Shown: piece after piece, positions 24,344 through 36,869 of the stretch | Position numbering within the stretch: the stretch's first letter is position 1 | Layout: every line of letters begins with the position of its first letter | Assembly (NCBI RefSeq): GCF_036321535.1 | Contig: NC_087458.1 | Span: 9,114,001 to 9,178,000, forward strand | Direction of reading: 5' to 3' | Source: Camelus dromedarius | Lineage: Eukaryota | Length of the DNA: 64,000 nt | Notes under the pieces: model-generated | The model's database searches: none | What the model was told of the DNA's origin: nothing | The model's input: only the letters and a program-made list of their open reading frames with translations | Program-made: the position numbers and the translations under genes

Positions 24344-25285
24344 ATGGAGTGGGTCAATGAGACGCTGGTGAGAGAGTTTGTCTTCCTCGGCTTCTCCTCT
24401 CTAGCCGGGCTGCAGCGGCTGCTCTTTGTTGTCTTCCTGCTCGTCTACCTGTTCACTCTGGGCACCAACGCCGTCATCATTTCCACCATTGTGCTGGACA
24501 GAGCCCTGCACACCCCCATGTACTTCTTCCTTGCTGTACTCTCCTGCTCTGAGACTTGCTACACCTTCGTCATTGTACCCAAGATGCTGGTGGACCTGCT
24601 GGCCCAGAAGAAGACCATCTCCTTCCTGGGCTGTGCCATCCAGATGTTCACCTTCCTCTTCCTAGGCTGCTCCCACTCCTTCCTGCTGGCAGCCATGGGT
24701 TATGATCGCTACGTGGCCATCTGTAACCCTCTGCGCTACACGGTGCTCATGGGGCACGGGGTGTGTGTGGGACTAGTGGCTGCTGCCTGTTTCTGTGGCT
24801 TCACTGTCTCGTTGGTCACCACCTCGCTGGTATTTCGCCTGCCCTTCCACTCCTCCAACCAGCTCCATCACTTCTTCTGTGACATCTCTCCTGTCCTCAA
24901 GCTGGCATCTCATCGTTCTCGCCTCAGTCAGTTGGTCATATTCATGCTCGGTGTGTTTGTCTTGGTTATTCCACTGTTACTTATCATGGTCTCCTATGTC
25001 CGCATCATCTCTGCCGTTCTAAAAATTCCTTCTGCCGTTGGAAGATACAAAGCCTTCTCTACCTGTGCCTCCCATCTCATTGTGGTAACTGTTCATTATG
25101 GTTGTGCCTCTTTCATTTACTTAAGGCCCAAATCTAATTACTCTTCAAGTCAGGACACTCTAATATCAGTGTCCTACACCATCCTCACTCCTCTGTTCAA
25201 TCCGATGATTTACAGTCTAAGAAATAAGGAATTCAAATCAGCCCTTCGAAGAGCAATCATCCAGACTTCACATCCTGTTAATTAA
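24344..25285 (+). CDS. OR10K1: Olfactory receptor 10K1 orthologue, intact, 313 aa
   Basis: Full set of OR motifs. C-terminal half (VSLVTTSLVF, SQLVIFMLGVF, KIPSAVGRYK, SSQDTLISV) matches recalled human OR10K1. Divergent orientation to OR10K2; first ATG at 24344. Confidence 0.9.
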   Translation: MEWVNETLVREFVFLGFSSLAGLQRLLFVVFLLVYLFTLGTNAVIISTIVLDRALHTPMYFFLAVLSCSETCYTFVIVPKMLVDLLAQKKTISFLGCAIQMFTFLFLGCSHSFLLAAMGYDRYVAICNPLRYTVLMGHGVCVGLVAAACFCGFTVSLVTTSLVFRLPFHSSNQLHHFFCDISPVLKLASHRSRLSQLVIFMLGVFVLVIPLLLIMVSYVRIISAVLKIPSAVGRYKAFSTCASHLIVVTVHYGCASFIYLRPKSNYSSSQDTLISVSYTILTPLFNPMIYSLRNKEFKSALRRAIIQTSHPVN

Positions 25286-25299
25286 AGAGCCAATTTTTA

Positions 25300-25445
25300 A
25301 CTGTTCAGTTAACTGTATGCCTGTTATGTGCCAGGGAGCATGTGTGCTTTCACACGTTTTCTCATTTACATGTCGAACACACACTGTAACATAAGGATCT
25401 TTAACACATGAGGAGAATGAGACTCAAAGAAGTTAAGACATTCTG
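25300..25445 (-). mobile_element. MIR fragment
   Basis: ctgttatgtgccaggg...gaggagaatgagactcaaagaagttaag. Confidence 0.55.
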
Positions 25446-26149
25446 ACTTTCTACCCTCAGTGATACTCTAAAAATGCTATGCAGATGTGTAAAAAGATTA
25501 GTCATTTCTTGAATAAATTTCATCATATTTCACTGCTCTAAAATTTATCATTCAAGATCAAATATGTCTTTGATGAGAGCAAAGATGCGTCCAAGCTGTG
25601 TAGGTCAAAAGAACAGAAGAAAATCTGACTACCCAGTCCCACATCTCCTGCTATCGCTTCCCGCTCTCCTGAAGACAACAGGCAACCTTGGTCCCCTCCG
25701 TTTTATAAGAAACACAGTGCCCATGTTTGGTCCCTGATTTCCTAATCACACCTCAATCTACATGTTGAATGCTTTGCCTTTACCTGAGTTATTTTGTTCT
25801 TCTGTTCTTTGAGAATGGAACTTTATTATGGAATCTTCTTCCTATATATATGTAGCATCTTATTTTAGCCCCCAGATTCAGTCCCTGAATATCATACCAT
25901 TTATTGTCTTTGAAGCAGCTACTATCACGGAATAATTGCTAAAGTATCTCAAGTAATATAAGCAAAGGGGTCGAGTTACTGTTAACAGGGTAAAGAACAA
26001 GAGTTCCCTAATGGCCAGAAAACTCATGGAAAAGTCTTTCAGTGACTCTGCTTGCCATAGACAATGAAGCCAGGAACTCTCTGTTAGCAAGAATGTATCA
26101 TCTAGTTCCTGCCGACCGCTCTGGCCTTGTTATTGCTAACATTACTGTC

Positions 26150-26900
26150 ATCCATTTCTCATTTGCACCTAATTGTGCACTCTGAAGCTAATCTAGTATT
26201 GGCCGGTCCTCAAAGTGACATGATTCTGTATTCTGCCCTGTTTTCTCATGTGCTGCTTCCTCTCTTTGTAATAACTCCTCTTTGTTTAATTTTCTTATTT
26301 CAGCTCATATTTCAAGATAACTTCAGCCACACTCTCACTTTCTCTCTAAAGCCTTCCCTCTGTCCATGGCATAACCTGCCAGTGGTATTAACCTCTGCCT
26401 CCTTTGTGTTCTCACAACATCCAGGATTTATTTTTATTATATCTTTCATTATTTCAACAGATGTTTATTCATTGCTTAATATGTACAAGATACTATTTTA
26501 GCTCCTGGAAATTGATGAAGCAAAAAATGTTCATGGTCTCCGCCCTCATAAATTTATCGTCCAGTTTGACAGAGTCTCAGTAAAGAGACAAACTCAGGAA
26601 AAAATAATTTACTGCAAGTTAAATTCTATTCTCTGAAGTGAACTATATGCAGGAGCTCGGCAAGAGAATACAAAAAGAAGTCTAATTTAGATTGGATGGT
26701 GTGGAGATGGCTTCCCAGGGGAACCGAGGTGTAACCTGTAACTTGAAGAGTAAATGGGAGTCACTAGGTAAAGGGGATTATTTGCAGAGATCCTTTTAGA
26801 CAGAAAAAGCAACATGTACAACAGTCCTGAAGCAAGAAAGAGCTGAAAAAGATACAGACAAGCAAAGAAGGCCAGGCTAATAGTTTTTTTTTTTGTCTCC
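26150..26900. mobile_element. L2 fragments in both orientations
   Basis: atttattcattgcttaat...ctccgccctcataaatttatcgtccag...gtaaatgggagtcactagg. Confidence 0.45.
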
Positions 26901-27744
26901 CTACAGTGATTTTGAATTTCCCAAAGGCATAGGCTTTATATTAAATACATCTTGTCGACCCTACTCTCTGTATAGTGCCTGGAATGAAAGGAATGCTTGT
27001 GTTATGAATAGCTTTGTCTGTTTTTCCATTTTCTGCTGCCAAGCTCCCTCAGTCACCTTCGTGTCCTGACCTGTCTTGGTGAAAGTCAATTCTGTCCACT
27101 CAGGTGACCATGCACCTGACAGTGACCTTTTTTCCCCTTTCCTTCGCCACACATTGAACCAGTCAAATATTGAATGGGTTTGTCTCTTTGAATCTCCCCC
27201 TTCTGACCCTACCATGAGAGAGAAAGGGCAAGCAGTATTGAAAACAGTGTCGTGGATATTTCTTACCTTTTCACAAACACTGATTCCCTTCAGATTCCAC
27301 AGTTTTGATTCCTGAGAAGAATCAGTCAGGTCAAAGACACCAGATAATGGGAATCAGGGGTCCTGAAGAGGTAAAGAAAGTTAATTTTTCAACAAAGCTG
27401 TCAGGTTGTGTATTGTATGTTCATACCTCTTCCTACAAGACAGAGCAAGAAATGTTTTAATTGCCACCTAACACGCATGTGCACATGCACACACACAAAC
27501 GGAAACAAGGTTCACTTTAAATACGTTTTATTCATAATTTGTGTATTTTTATCAATGTTTTCTCTGTTTCTCCATCTACTCCAACTGGATTTTAAAACTA
27601 CTGGTGTTGACAACTAACTTGATTCTATAACCTTCATGATGAGATAAGCATAAAGTTTCAAAATCACTGTTTTAAAGTGGTTGCTTTGAGTGGAGAGGAA
27701 AGAGCCCAGCAAGAAAAATAATATTAAAGGAAATAATACCAATA

Positions 27745-27945
27745 ATAGAGCACCTCCTATGTGGCAGGTGCTGTTGTAGGTCCTTCACACATGCTAATAT
27801 GTTTATCCTCACAGCAGCCCGTTTTCCAGATGGGGAAACCATAACATGGTTTATGGTTAAGTAAGTTGTCCAAGGCCACATAATCACTAAACTGGGAGAA
27901 CTGGGACCCAAATTCAAGTTGCCTGCCTCCAGATTCCATGCTCTC
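27745..27945 (-). mobile_element. MIR SINE
   Basis: gagcacctcctatgtggcaggtgctg...cagatggggaaac...aagttgtccaaggccaca...gacccaaattcaag. Confidence 0.75.
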
Positions 27946-28624
27946 ATCTACGACATGATACTGTCTTTCTTAAACCTAGTACAGAACCTAATAAAAGTTT
28001 GTATTGTGACTTCTGAGTGTTCCTTATTATAAATACATCTTTATACATAAATCTGTTATAGTAGGAGAGATTTTTTTTAAAAAATGAAATTAGAAGTACA
28101 AATTGGATGAATATATTTAACAGTTTTGATACATTTTGCTGAATTACCTTTTTTTCCCCCAATATTATACATATATTTGATGAAATTATTTCCAGGATAT
28201 CCTAGGGTATCATACAATAGTCCATGTCTACCATCATAGTTCTTCACAGTCAGAATTTATGGAGAATATTGCAATACCCACAAAAGCAATGAACTTGCAG
28301 CATTGCAAGGGCCATGAAAAAAAGCACAATTATAATCCACATGCACTATTCCATCACTTGGAATGATGTTCAACAATGGCTGAGATACTATTAGGTTTTA
28401 GACTAACTCTCAGCTAACTCCCCAAAACTGAGCCAAACACATATGTTGCTGAATTTTTTTGGATAAACTTACAACCAATTTATAATCCTATTTCCAAGCA
28501 TTTTTGTTGCTGGTCATATAGTCCATATTACCACAGCTAATTTGATGATCTCAGGTTAATTTTAATTTGCAGTATATTTTAAATTAGCTGAAATAAATTT
28601 TTATTTAGTCGATGTACATCATTC

Positions 28625-28758
28625 NNNNNNNNNNNNNNNNNNNNNNNNNNNNNNNNNNNNNNNNNNNNNNNNNNNNNNNNNNNNNNNNNNNNNNNNNNNN
28701 NNNNNNNNNNNNNNNNNNNNNNNNNNNNNNNNNNNNNNNNNNNNNNNNNNNNNNNNNN
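28625..28758. other. Assembly gap (N run)
   Basis: N bases. Confidence 1.
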
Positions 28759-30108
28759 ATGACAGAAGAGACAAGAATATACAATGGAGTAAAGACAGTC
28801 ATTTAAATTAGTGGTGCTGGGAAAAGTGGACAGCTACATGTAACAGAATGAAATTAGAACATGCTATCACATCATATACAAAAATAAACTCAAAATCCAT
28901 TAAAGACCTAAATGTAAGACCAGAAACCATAAAAGTCCTAGAAGAAAACATAGGCAGAACATTCTTTGAAAAGAAATTGCTGCATTATTTTTTGGGTCTG
29001 TCTTCGAAGACAAAGAAAACAAAAGCCAAAATAAACAAAAAGGACGTAATTAAACTTAAAAGCTTTTGAACAGAAAAAGAGATCATGATATCATGAAAAT
29101 ATAACCTACTGAATGGGAGAAAATACATGCAAATGATATGGCTGATAAGGGGTTCATATCTAAAACATAAAAAGCTCAAACAACTCAACACTAAAAAAAA
29201 AAAAATGATTAACAAATGGGCAGAAGGCCTGAACAGACATTTTTCCAAAGACATACAGATGATCAACAGGCACATTAAAACATATTCAACATCACTAATC
29301 ATCAGAGAAATCCAAATCAAACTACAGTGAGCTATCACCTCATGCTTGTTCAAATGGCTATCATCAAAAAGTCTACAAATAAGAAATGTTGGCAGCATGT
29401 GGAGAAAAGGAAACCCTAGTATACTGTTGATAGGAATATAAATTGGTACAGCCACTTGGAAAACAGTATGGAATTTCTTCAAAAAACTAGAAATAGAGCT
29501 ACCATATGATCCAACAGTTCCATTCCAGAGCATATATCTGAAGAAAACGAAAATGCTGATTCAAAAAGATACACACATCCCAAGTGTATCAACAGATGAT
29601 TGGATAAAGAAGATGTGATATATATGTATGTGTGTATATATCTATGTATACATGTACATATATATAATGGAATATTACTCAGCCATAAAAAGAATGAAAT
29701 TTTGCCATTTGCAACAACACGAATGGATTTGGAGGGTAGTGTGCTTAGTGTAATAAGTCACACCGAGATAAATACTTTATGTTATCCTTACATGTGGAAT
29801 CTAAAAAAATAAAACAAACAAATGAATATAACAAAACAGAAATGGACTCATAGATACAGAGAGCAAATGTGGTAACAAGTGGGGAGAGGGAAAAGAGGGT
29901 GGGCACCATGAGGACAGAAGATTAACAAGTACAACCTATCATGTATAAAATAAATAAGCTACAATTATATATTGTACAATACAGGGAATACAGCCAATAT
30001 TTTATAATAACTGTAAATAAAGTATAATTCATGATAATATTGAATCACTATGTTGTAACCTGAAACTAATATAATATTGTAAATCAAATATACCTTAATT
30101 AAAAAAAA
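28759..30108 (+). mobile_element. L1 3' portion (ORF2 C-terminus plus 3' UTR plus poly(A)); 5' side runs into an assembly gap
   Basis: ggtgctgggaaaagtggacagctacatg; aaagacctaaatgtaagaccagaaacc; ends atattgtaaatcaaatataccttaattaaaaaaaaa. Confidence 0.9.
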
Positions 30109-30899
30109 ATATGGTGTCTAGGGTACAAAAGTTGATGTTCCAAGTGTTGGGAAGTAGAAGCTGACAGACTTTAGAGACCAGGGTTTATAAACCAGTATAA
30201 CATTACTTTTGCTATAATCTCTTGGTACAAGTAGTCATCTAGCCTACCCTGATTCAGGGGAAAGTTATTGCCTGTGGATGAATTTTCTCACTGAAATACT
30301 TCCTGGAGAGCTAGCCATGGTCCCGATCTGTGACATAACTAAATGAGAGAGAAGCCACTGAGTCCTGGTCATCAAATTCTTACTTAATACCTTAGAATTT
30401 TCTCCTCCTGTTCCATCCCTACAGCATCTCTAATGTAACTTATACAAGAGCAGGTCACATGAGCCCCTAAGAGAGACATCCATGAGTGTCTAGTATTTCT
30501 CCTTTTCCAGCCCAAAGTGTCTGGACTCACTGGCAGAAGGAATAAATACGCAAAGCGAAATTAGGAGGTAGTTGTAATAAGGGAGCAGTCTCAGCTAAAA
30601 CCTGAAACAGGACACTATTACATCTTACTCCACAACCCACATTTTCTTTTTCTTTATTGAGCAAATATCAGCCATGCTCACGTTACATTCCAGGAGCAAA
30701 TGAGTTTCCCATGTGTCTGAAAGATTTATGCTGCCTCTGGCGTTCTAATACTTCACCCTCTTCTAGCTTTCAGAAATGAGAATGTGAAATGGATCGTTTC
30801 TTCCCAACTGAAAATAAAATTTTAGTCATTAGGTAAGGGATACTCAAAGGCAGTTGTTCCATTATGTCTGTTTTAACAAATAGGACCAAGAAAACCTCT

Positions 30900-31270
30900 A
30901 CAGCTCTAATAAATCCCCAGAGAATTTCTAAGAGGAAACCAACTAACGTCCACGGTGCATTAGAAAGGGCCTTCTCTTTGACCAACGAATTCTCATGGTG
31001 TATTACTACAGTCCTACTTACTAATTGGCGAAATTATGGACACGCATTGGGCGCCATGTGGTAATTAACTCCCTGTGGAGACAGGAATCTCAGTAACAAC
31101 CAATGCATTGAGGCCATCGCTAATGTAAGAAGGAAAGACCATTGTCATGCTCACTGAGGAACTGCCCCAAGGATAAAGGCACAGGTGATATTTTTGTGTG
31201 GAGCAATGCAGATAGTTTTCTTACACTGGCCCACAGTTTGTGGAAGAAAAACCCTGGGGCATTATGACAG
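30900..31270. promoter_or_regulatory. Candidate OR promoter or enhancer with clustered homeodomain (TAAT) and O/E(Ebf)-like sites
   Basis: TAATAAaTCCCcaGAGA 30907-30923; CTAATTGG 31021-31028; TAATTAacTCCCtgTGGA 31062-31079; minus-strand TAATgCCCcaGGGt 31264-31251. Unique, non-repeat sequence. Confidence 0.45.
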
Positions 31271-33655
31271 GGAAGATAATTTTGGCAATTTTCACCTAGA
31301 AACCTTCATCGATGTCTGAGAATGAAGATACCTGCATGTCACTGGACTCTTAGATAATTTGACAGAATATGAAATTTTAATTTTTATTTAGGAACTTTTA
31401 TTTCCTTATTGAGAAGAGCAGTGACAATCCAGTCATTTATTTGAATGTCAAATTTCAAAATTGTTGCCAGTGATCTCTTTTCCCCTACTCATTAGGAGTG
31501 GAAAATATGTGATCAAATGATAGAAAGGACAGTTGGATGGTGGAAAAAAGTGTAAGGATAAAGATAGAACCAACATCAAGAAGAAGGTATGGCTGCGGGA
31601 TAAGTTTTGATTTTTTTCATTGGAGGATATACAGTATTAGAAAGAAAGAACAAAAACTACAGGAAATACATGTTCAAGCATTTTTACTTAGGAGGCACAT
31701 GGTGGTGCAAAGGGGGCCAAATTGCTATAAAGTGAACTAACTGAAATGATTATTAATTAATAATGGGCTATTTAATTTATTTATTCAGGGAGCACTTGTA
31801 TCCCATATATTCTATTGACTTAAGTATTGAGCTGTGTTTTGAGGTTACACAGAGAGTAAGTTGTGGTCTTTATCTCTGAGGATGTCGAGTCTATTGAAAA
31901 GACAGCCAGGAGAAAATAATTTGGATATAATATGTTGAGTATTTTCATAAAGACACATGAAACAAGCTTTAAATAAGTCAAGCTTTAAATATATTAGAAA
32001 CAAAAAATTCTCCCTAGACACATTACAGAAAGTTCAAAAACTAGTGACTTTTAAAATTGTGAAGAATGAGTGGGCCAGAGATGAAAGTTAACATGTATTT
32101 GAGGCTGAGATCTCTCTCTCTCTCAGCGTGAAGCCTTGAAATACAAAGGCATATATAGAAAACTGTGTGTATTTTAGTGCAAGGCCTGTGTGATTAAAAT
32201 TTAGAGCATAAGGTTGTAAATGTAGATGGGGGTAGAATTAGTTGCCCTTTTAACCAACTTAAGAAATTGTCTTTAACACTACAGGTGATAAAGTTACTGA
32301 GCAAAATAATGAAAAATCAGTTTACTCTTTCCACTTGTTAAGAAGACAATTTAATTACCCTATATTTCCTTTTCCTTTTTCTTTCTTTTCATTCCTCCAA
32401 AGCTTTCTTTGAATATGTAATAACCACCTCTCCAAATTCAGGACACTATCTCCTATTTGCCAAATATTTTATGCGGCACCTAGACTCTGTTAAATAGAGT
32501 CAGTGTTTTCCATTGTAAATTTATTTTCAAACTTTAGCTCCCACATAGGTTCCAAGGATGAGTTTGTAAAAGTAAGTGACATATTGTAGGGGTTGGCAGG
32601 AGAGAATCATGGAATAGCCATTGAGTAATGCGACCTTTTTTTCCTTTCAGAAACTCCACCTTTCTTTGGATAACTAGTCACTGTCCTGAGAATGATCCTA
32701 ATAAGAGAAAATACTCAAAAAAAGGAGACCAGAAAGTTGGAATGGTAGACATGATATCTAAGGAAGAATACTAGAGGAGTTTTTGTTCCGGTCAAAAACA
32801 CAGTGTGTATTTCTTATTTATAAAGTTTAGAGATAAGGCAATTCAGAGACACAAAAGAGGAGCCAAAGCTTTTGATTCTAGTCCCATTTAAAAAATTCAC
32901 TAACCCTTTGCTAAGCAAAAGATTAAACAATGATAAAAATTCTGTTATTTGCAAAGGACTTTAACACCAACAATCACGTGCTATTAAAATTAAAAGGTTT
33001 AGTTAGGGAGATAATGGTGAAAACCACCAGATAATCAGAAAAGAAAATGAGAGAGCAGCACTTTTCTTCTCTCAGTTTGATTGAGGTATGATTGACACAC
33101 AGCCCTCATAAAATTAAGGGAACTTTGTTCTTCAAGGACAAGCACTATGAAGACAAATCAATGGTTCTGACCTAGATGAAGAAAGTATTAAAAATAGGAG
33201 GGAAGTAGATCTTCAGACATCGGTGGTATCACTGATGGAATACATGTGTCAGTAATGTGGATAAAATGATGACCACTTAAAATAATAATTAATGTAGATA
33301 AAGTTTTTTTTGAGGATTAGATTACTAAAATTTAAGCAGAGACTATAAAAGGCTACATGAAGGAGGCCTGAAGAATTGACTTTCTTTGAATAAATATCTG
33401 TACATTTGACATGAACACTTGTCACCAAATGCACTACTAAAATCAATGACAGAAAATTAGCACTGTGGGTGCATACTGATTTAGGATAATTTTTGCTTGG
33501 TTTCCAATCCTTTTTTCTCTCTCCCATGCCTGTGGCTTCTCTCTCAAACCAGACTTGTGCTAGTTACTTTATAAAGGGTAAGTCACCCTGATTTCTCACT
33601 TTCAAAGTTCTCTGGACCCGGTCACATCGACTTGACTGTGTGGGATCAACGCTCC

Positions 33656-34597
33656 ATGGCCAATTCCTCCTGCGTTACCGAGTTCCTCCTGCTGGGTTTC
33701 TCCAGCCTTGGGGAATTGCAGCGTGTCCTCTTTGTGGTCTTTCTCTGCCTCTATTTGATCATCCTGAGTGGAAACCTCACTATCATCTCAGTCATCTGCT
33801 TGGATCACGGCCTCCACACACCCATGTACTTCTTTCTAGGTGTCCTTTCCACCTCTGAGACCTTCTACACAATTGTTATCCTGCCCAAGATGCTTATCAA
33901 TCTGCTCTCTGTACTCAGGACACTCTCCTTCATGAGTTGTGTCTTCCAGATGTACTTCTTCCTTGGCTTTGCTGTCACCAATTGCCTGCTTCTGGGAGTG
34001 ATGGGCTATGATCGCTATGCTGCCATCTGTCAGCCTTTGCACTACGCCATTCTCATGAGCTGGAGGGTATGTGGGCAACTGGCAGTGACTTGTATTCTTG
34101 GTGGTTTTATAGTATCTCTGGTGGGAACAACTTTGGTCTTTAGCCTCCCTTTCTGTGGCTCCAACAAGGTCAATCATTACTTTTGTGATATTTCAGCAGT
34201 CATCCGTCTCGCCTGTGCTGACACCTACATCAATGAACTGATCATCTTTATCTGTGGGGTCTTGGTGCTTGTTGTGCCTTTGATCTTCATCTGCATCTCT
34301 TATGGATTTATTGTCTCCACTGTCCTGAAGATCTCATCAGCTGAAGGCAAGCGGAAAGCATTCTCCACCTGTGCCTCTCATCTCATCGTGGTCATTGTTC
34401 ACTACGGCTGTGCGTCCTCTGTCTACCTGCGACCCTCAGCCCAGTATACAACAGGCACAGACAGGCTGGTGACAGTGACTTACACCGTCATCACCCCACT
34501 GTTGAACCCCATGGTATACAGCCTCAGGAACAGAGATGTACAGCTGGCCATTTGGAAAATGATTAGGAAGACTGGTTTTTCTGTTAAGTCTTTATAA
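33656..34597 (+). CDS. Olfactory receptor of the OR10R subfamily (OR10R2-like; exact orthology unresolved), intact, 313 aa from first ATG (MANSSCVTEF)
   Basis: LHTPMYFFLG, LSTSETFYT, FAVTNCLLLGVMGYDRYAAIC, NKVNHYFCDISAV, DRLVTVTYT, PMVYSLRN are OR10R-type; position between OR10K1 and OR6Y1 fits. Confidence 0.85.
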   Translation: MANSSCVTEFLLLGFSSLGELQRVLFVVFLCLYLIILSGNLTIISVICLDHGLHTPMYFFLGVLSTSETFYTIVILPKMLINLLSVLRTLSFMSCVFQMYFFLGFAVTNCLLLGVMGYDRYAAICQPLHYAILMSWRVCGQLAVTCILGGFIVSLVGTTLVFSLPFCGSNKVNHYFCDISAVIRLACADTYINELIIFICGVLVLVVPLIFICISYGFIVSTVLKISSAEGKRKAFSTCASHLIVVIVHYGCASSVYLRPSAQYTTGTDRLVTVTYTVITPLLNPMVYSLRNRDVQLAIWKMIRKTGFSVKSL

Positions 34598-34744
34598 TTA
34601 AAACATTTTTCAAGAGTTCACACACATTTGGGTGAAATGTGTCTCTAACTGTCATAAAAGCTTCTAGTCTATTCTGTATAACTGTGTGGCCTTGGATGAG
34701 TTGTTTGTGGGGCTGTAATGATCTCTTATGTAAAGCAGACATAG

Positions 34745-34810
34745 TAATGTATGTGTACATGTATATATATGTATGTGTGTGTGTATATATGTATACATAT
34801 ATATATATCT
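34745..34810. repeat. Mixed (TA)/(TG) microsatellite
   Basis: gtatgtgtacatgtatatatatgtatgtgtgtgtgtatatat... Confidence 0.9.
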
Positions 34811-36869
34811 CAAGTTTTTTGCAAAGATTAAGGGCAATAGCAAACATCTGTTATTAAAAAACTCTCCTGCTTCTCCTCTTCCTCCAGACATAGTTCTCAA
34901 AAGGGTCTCAACAACCATTATCTCTTGCTCTATGTTTGGCTTGTTAACCCCAAATCTCTGATGGTCCTCTTTGTTTAAGGTTATATCCAGCCTTCGCATT
35001 TTAAAATTACTACACATATCTCTATTATTGGCTCCCATTTCTCAGTTTTCAGATTAAGTCTTTTTAGATTATTTTCCTTCTTATTAGTTAAATAATTAAG
35101 GCATTTAAGTTACTACATTTCTGTATAAGCATAGCATTGGACATCTCAATTATTTTGTTCGGTTGTTTTTTTCCTTCCTGATAGGTTTGCAATTGTCATT
35201 TATTACTCAATTTTTTTTTTAGAAATGGAGTATTTATTTCTTATAAATATTTTCTTGCTGCTATTTAAATAACTTGTTATTTATAGTTTTGTGTGCTGTG
35301 TTAATGAGAAAAATGTGACTTATATAAGTTCTATTTTTAGAATTTATTGGATTTTTATTATTTATTTCTCCCAAATTATTCTTGATGAAGTATTTTCATT
35401 AAATTAATTTTCAGTATGCGTAGTATTATTTGTTTTGAGGATATGTGAACTGTCATGGTTTAATGGTGTTGAATCCAAATACTTAACTGCATATACAAAT
35501 GAGCTTTTTATTAAATTCCTAGCAAAACTGACTTATTAATTTTGTTATGAAGTCTGTTTTTTTTTTTTAATTCTAAATAAACCTTTTGGGATTCAGCATA
35601 TATATTCTACCCTTAAACCCACCAAAATGATAACAGGAGTATAAAAAGCATAAAAGGACCCATCAAGAAGGCTCACAGTAAAGGACAGCACACAGGGGGT
35701 GTTAAAAAATTATACAAGCAACCAATTCACAGCACAAAACTGTGTTTGAACTTTCTCCTCACAACTGAGTCTCTCAGGTGACGCTGAAAAGAGTAAGATT
35801 GGCTTAAGGTTTTAATAAGGGACACAGCTTCTCGATCAGCGCTTCTTAAAACATCTGCAGTGAAGGGCCAATTAATTTTCTTTTTCCATCTTATCACAAG
35901 ACAATATTTCAGCAAAATAAAATAAAAATGAATTATTAGAAAAATGAAGTGAAAAACCTGGCTGGCCAATTCTCTGTTCCAAAATATGTTTTCTAATCAG
36001 CTGTTTCAGTAATATGAAACTCTATAACAGTTGCTTAATATGTGTATTCAATTCCTTTTTGCCTGTTTTTTCCAATTTTATTGAGATGTAATTGAGAAGC
36101 CTACCTACGCACAACACTACCATCACCCTGGGCAGCAAGTCCTTTATTTGAAGGAGAACTTGTGTGGAGCATTTTGGTTTCCACTACACAGGCACAAGTT
36201 TTTTCCTATAGAGATGTTCTGTTTCTTTTTATTTTTTTCTATAGTAAATTTCTATGGGATCTGAGCATGCTCTTTTTCTGGGTTCATGTTTATGTGAGAC
36301 TGATTTTCTTGTACTCTTAGAAGGGGCGGGGGGTCTAGTATAATATTCCCAGTTTTGTGGCTGTAGGGCACCCTCTTGTGTTGTCATCAGAAAGTATTCG
36401 ACTCTTAATTGGAGCCTGTAAATTTTTCCTGGTTTGGCTGATGTTCTCAGACTGGCCAATTGATTTTTAAGCTGTTACTATTGGAAGTTATTTTTTGTTG
36501 TTCGCCTGATAGCAGGACTACCAGTAAAGGTTGTTCTTTTTCTCGGCTTTCTCTTTCACAATTTTTAATATTATAATTTGGGTTCCTTAAGTATATTTTG
36601 TTGAATCAATTTTTTTTAAATGTGGCCTTGGGTGTCATAATTTCTCTTTTGAATTTACTTTTTCCTTATTAAATTAGGAATAATTTACATAAATAAAATT
36701 CAAGTATTTTAAGTGTAAGTTACTTGTGAATTTTTTACAAAGATTCATTCATTTAACCTCCACATGATTAAAAAAAATACAATTATTTCTGTCACCTCAA
36801 AAGTTATCTTTCTATTTTCTGATTGACTCCCTACCTCAGGACAACACAGCATTGATTTCCTTTTTCCAG

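Noticed and set aside
28985-29533. 182-aa minus-strand ORF
   Set aside because: Antisense of L1 ORF2, a common spurious ORF.
30770-31320. Possible extremely decayed OR relic on the minus strand (KEKALS; FLLTLAMA)
   Set aside because: Motif spacing is far too short and the similarity too weak to call.
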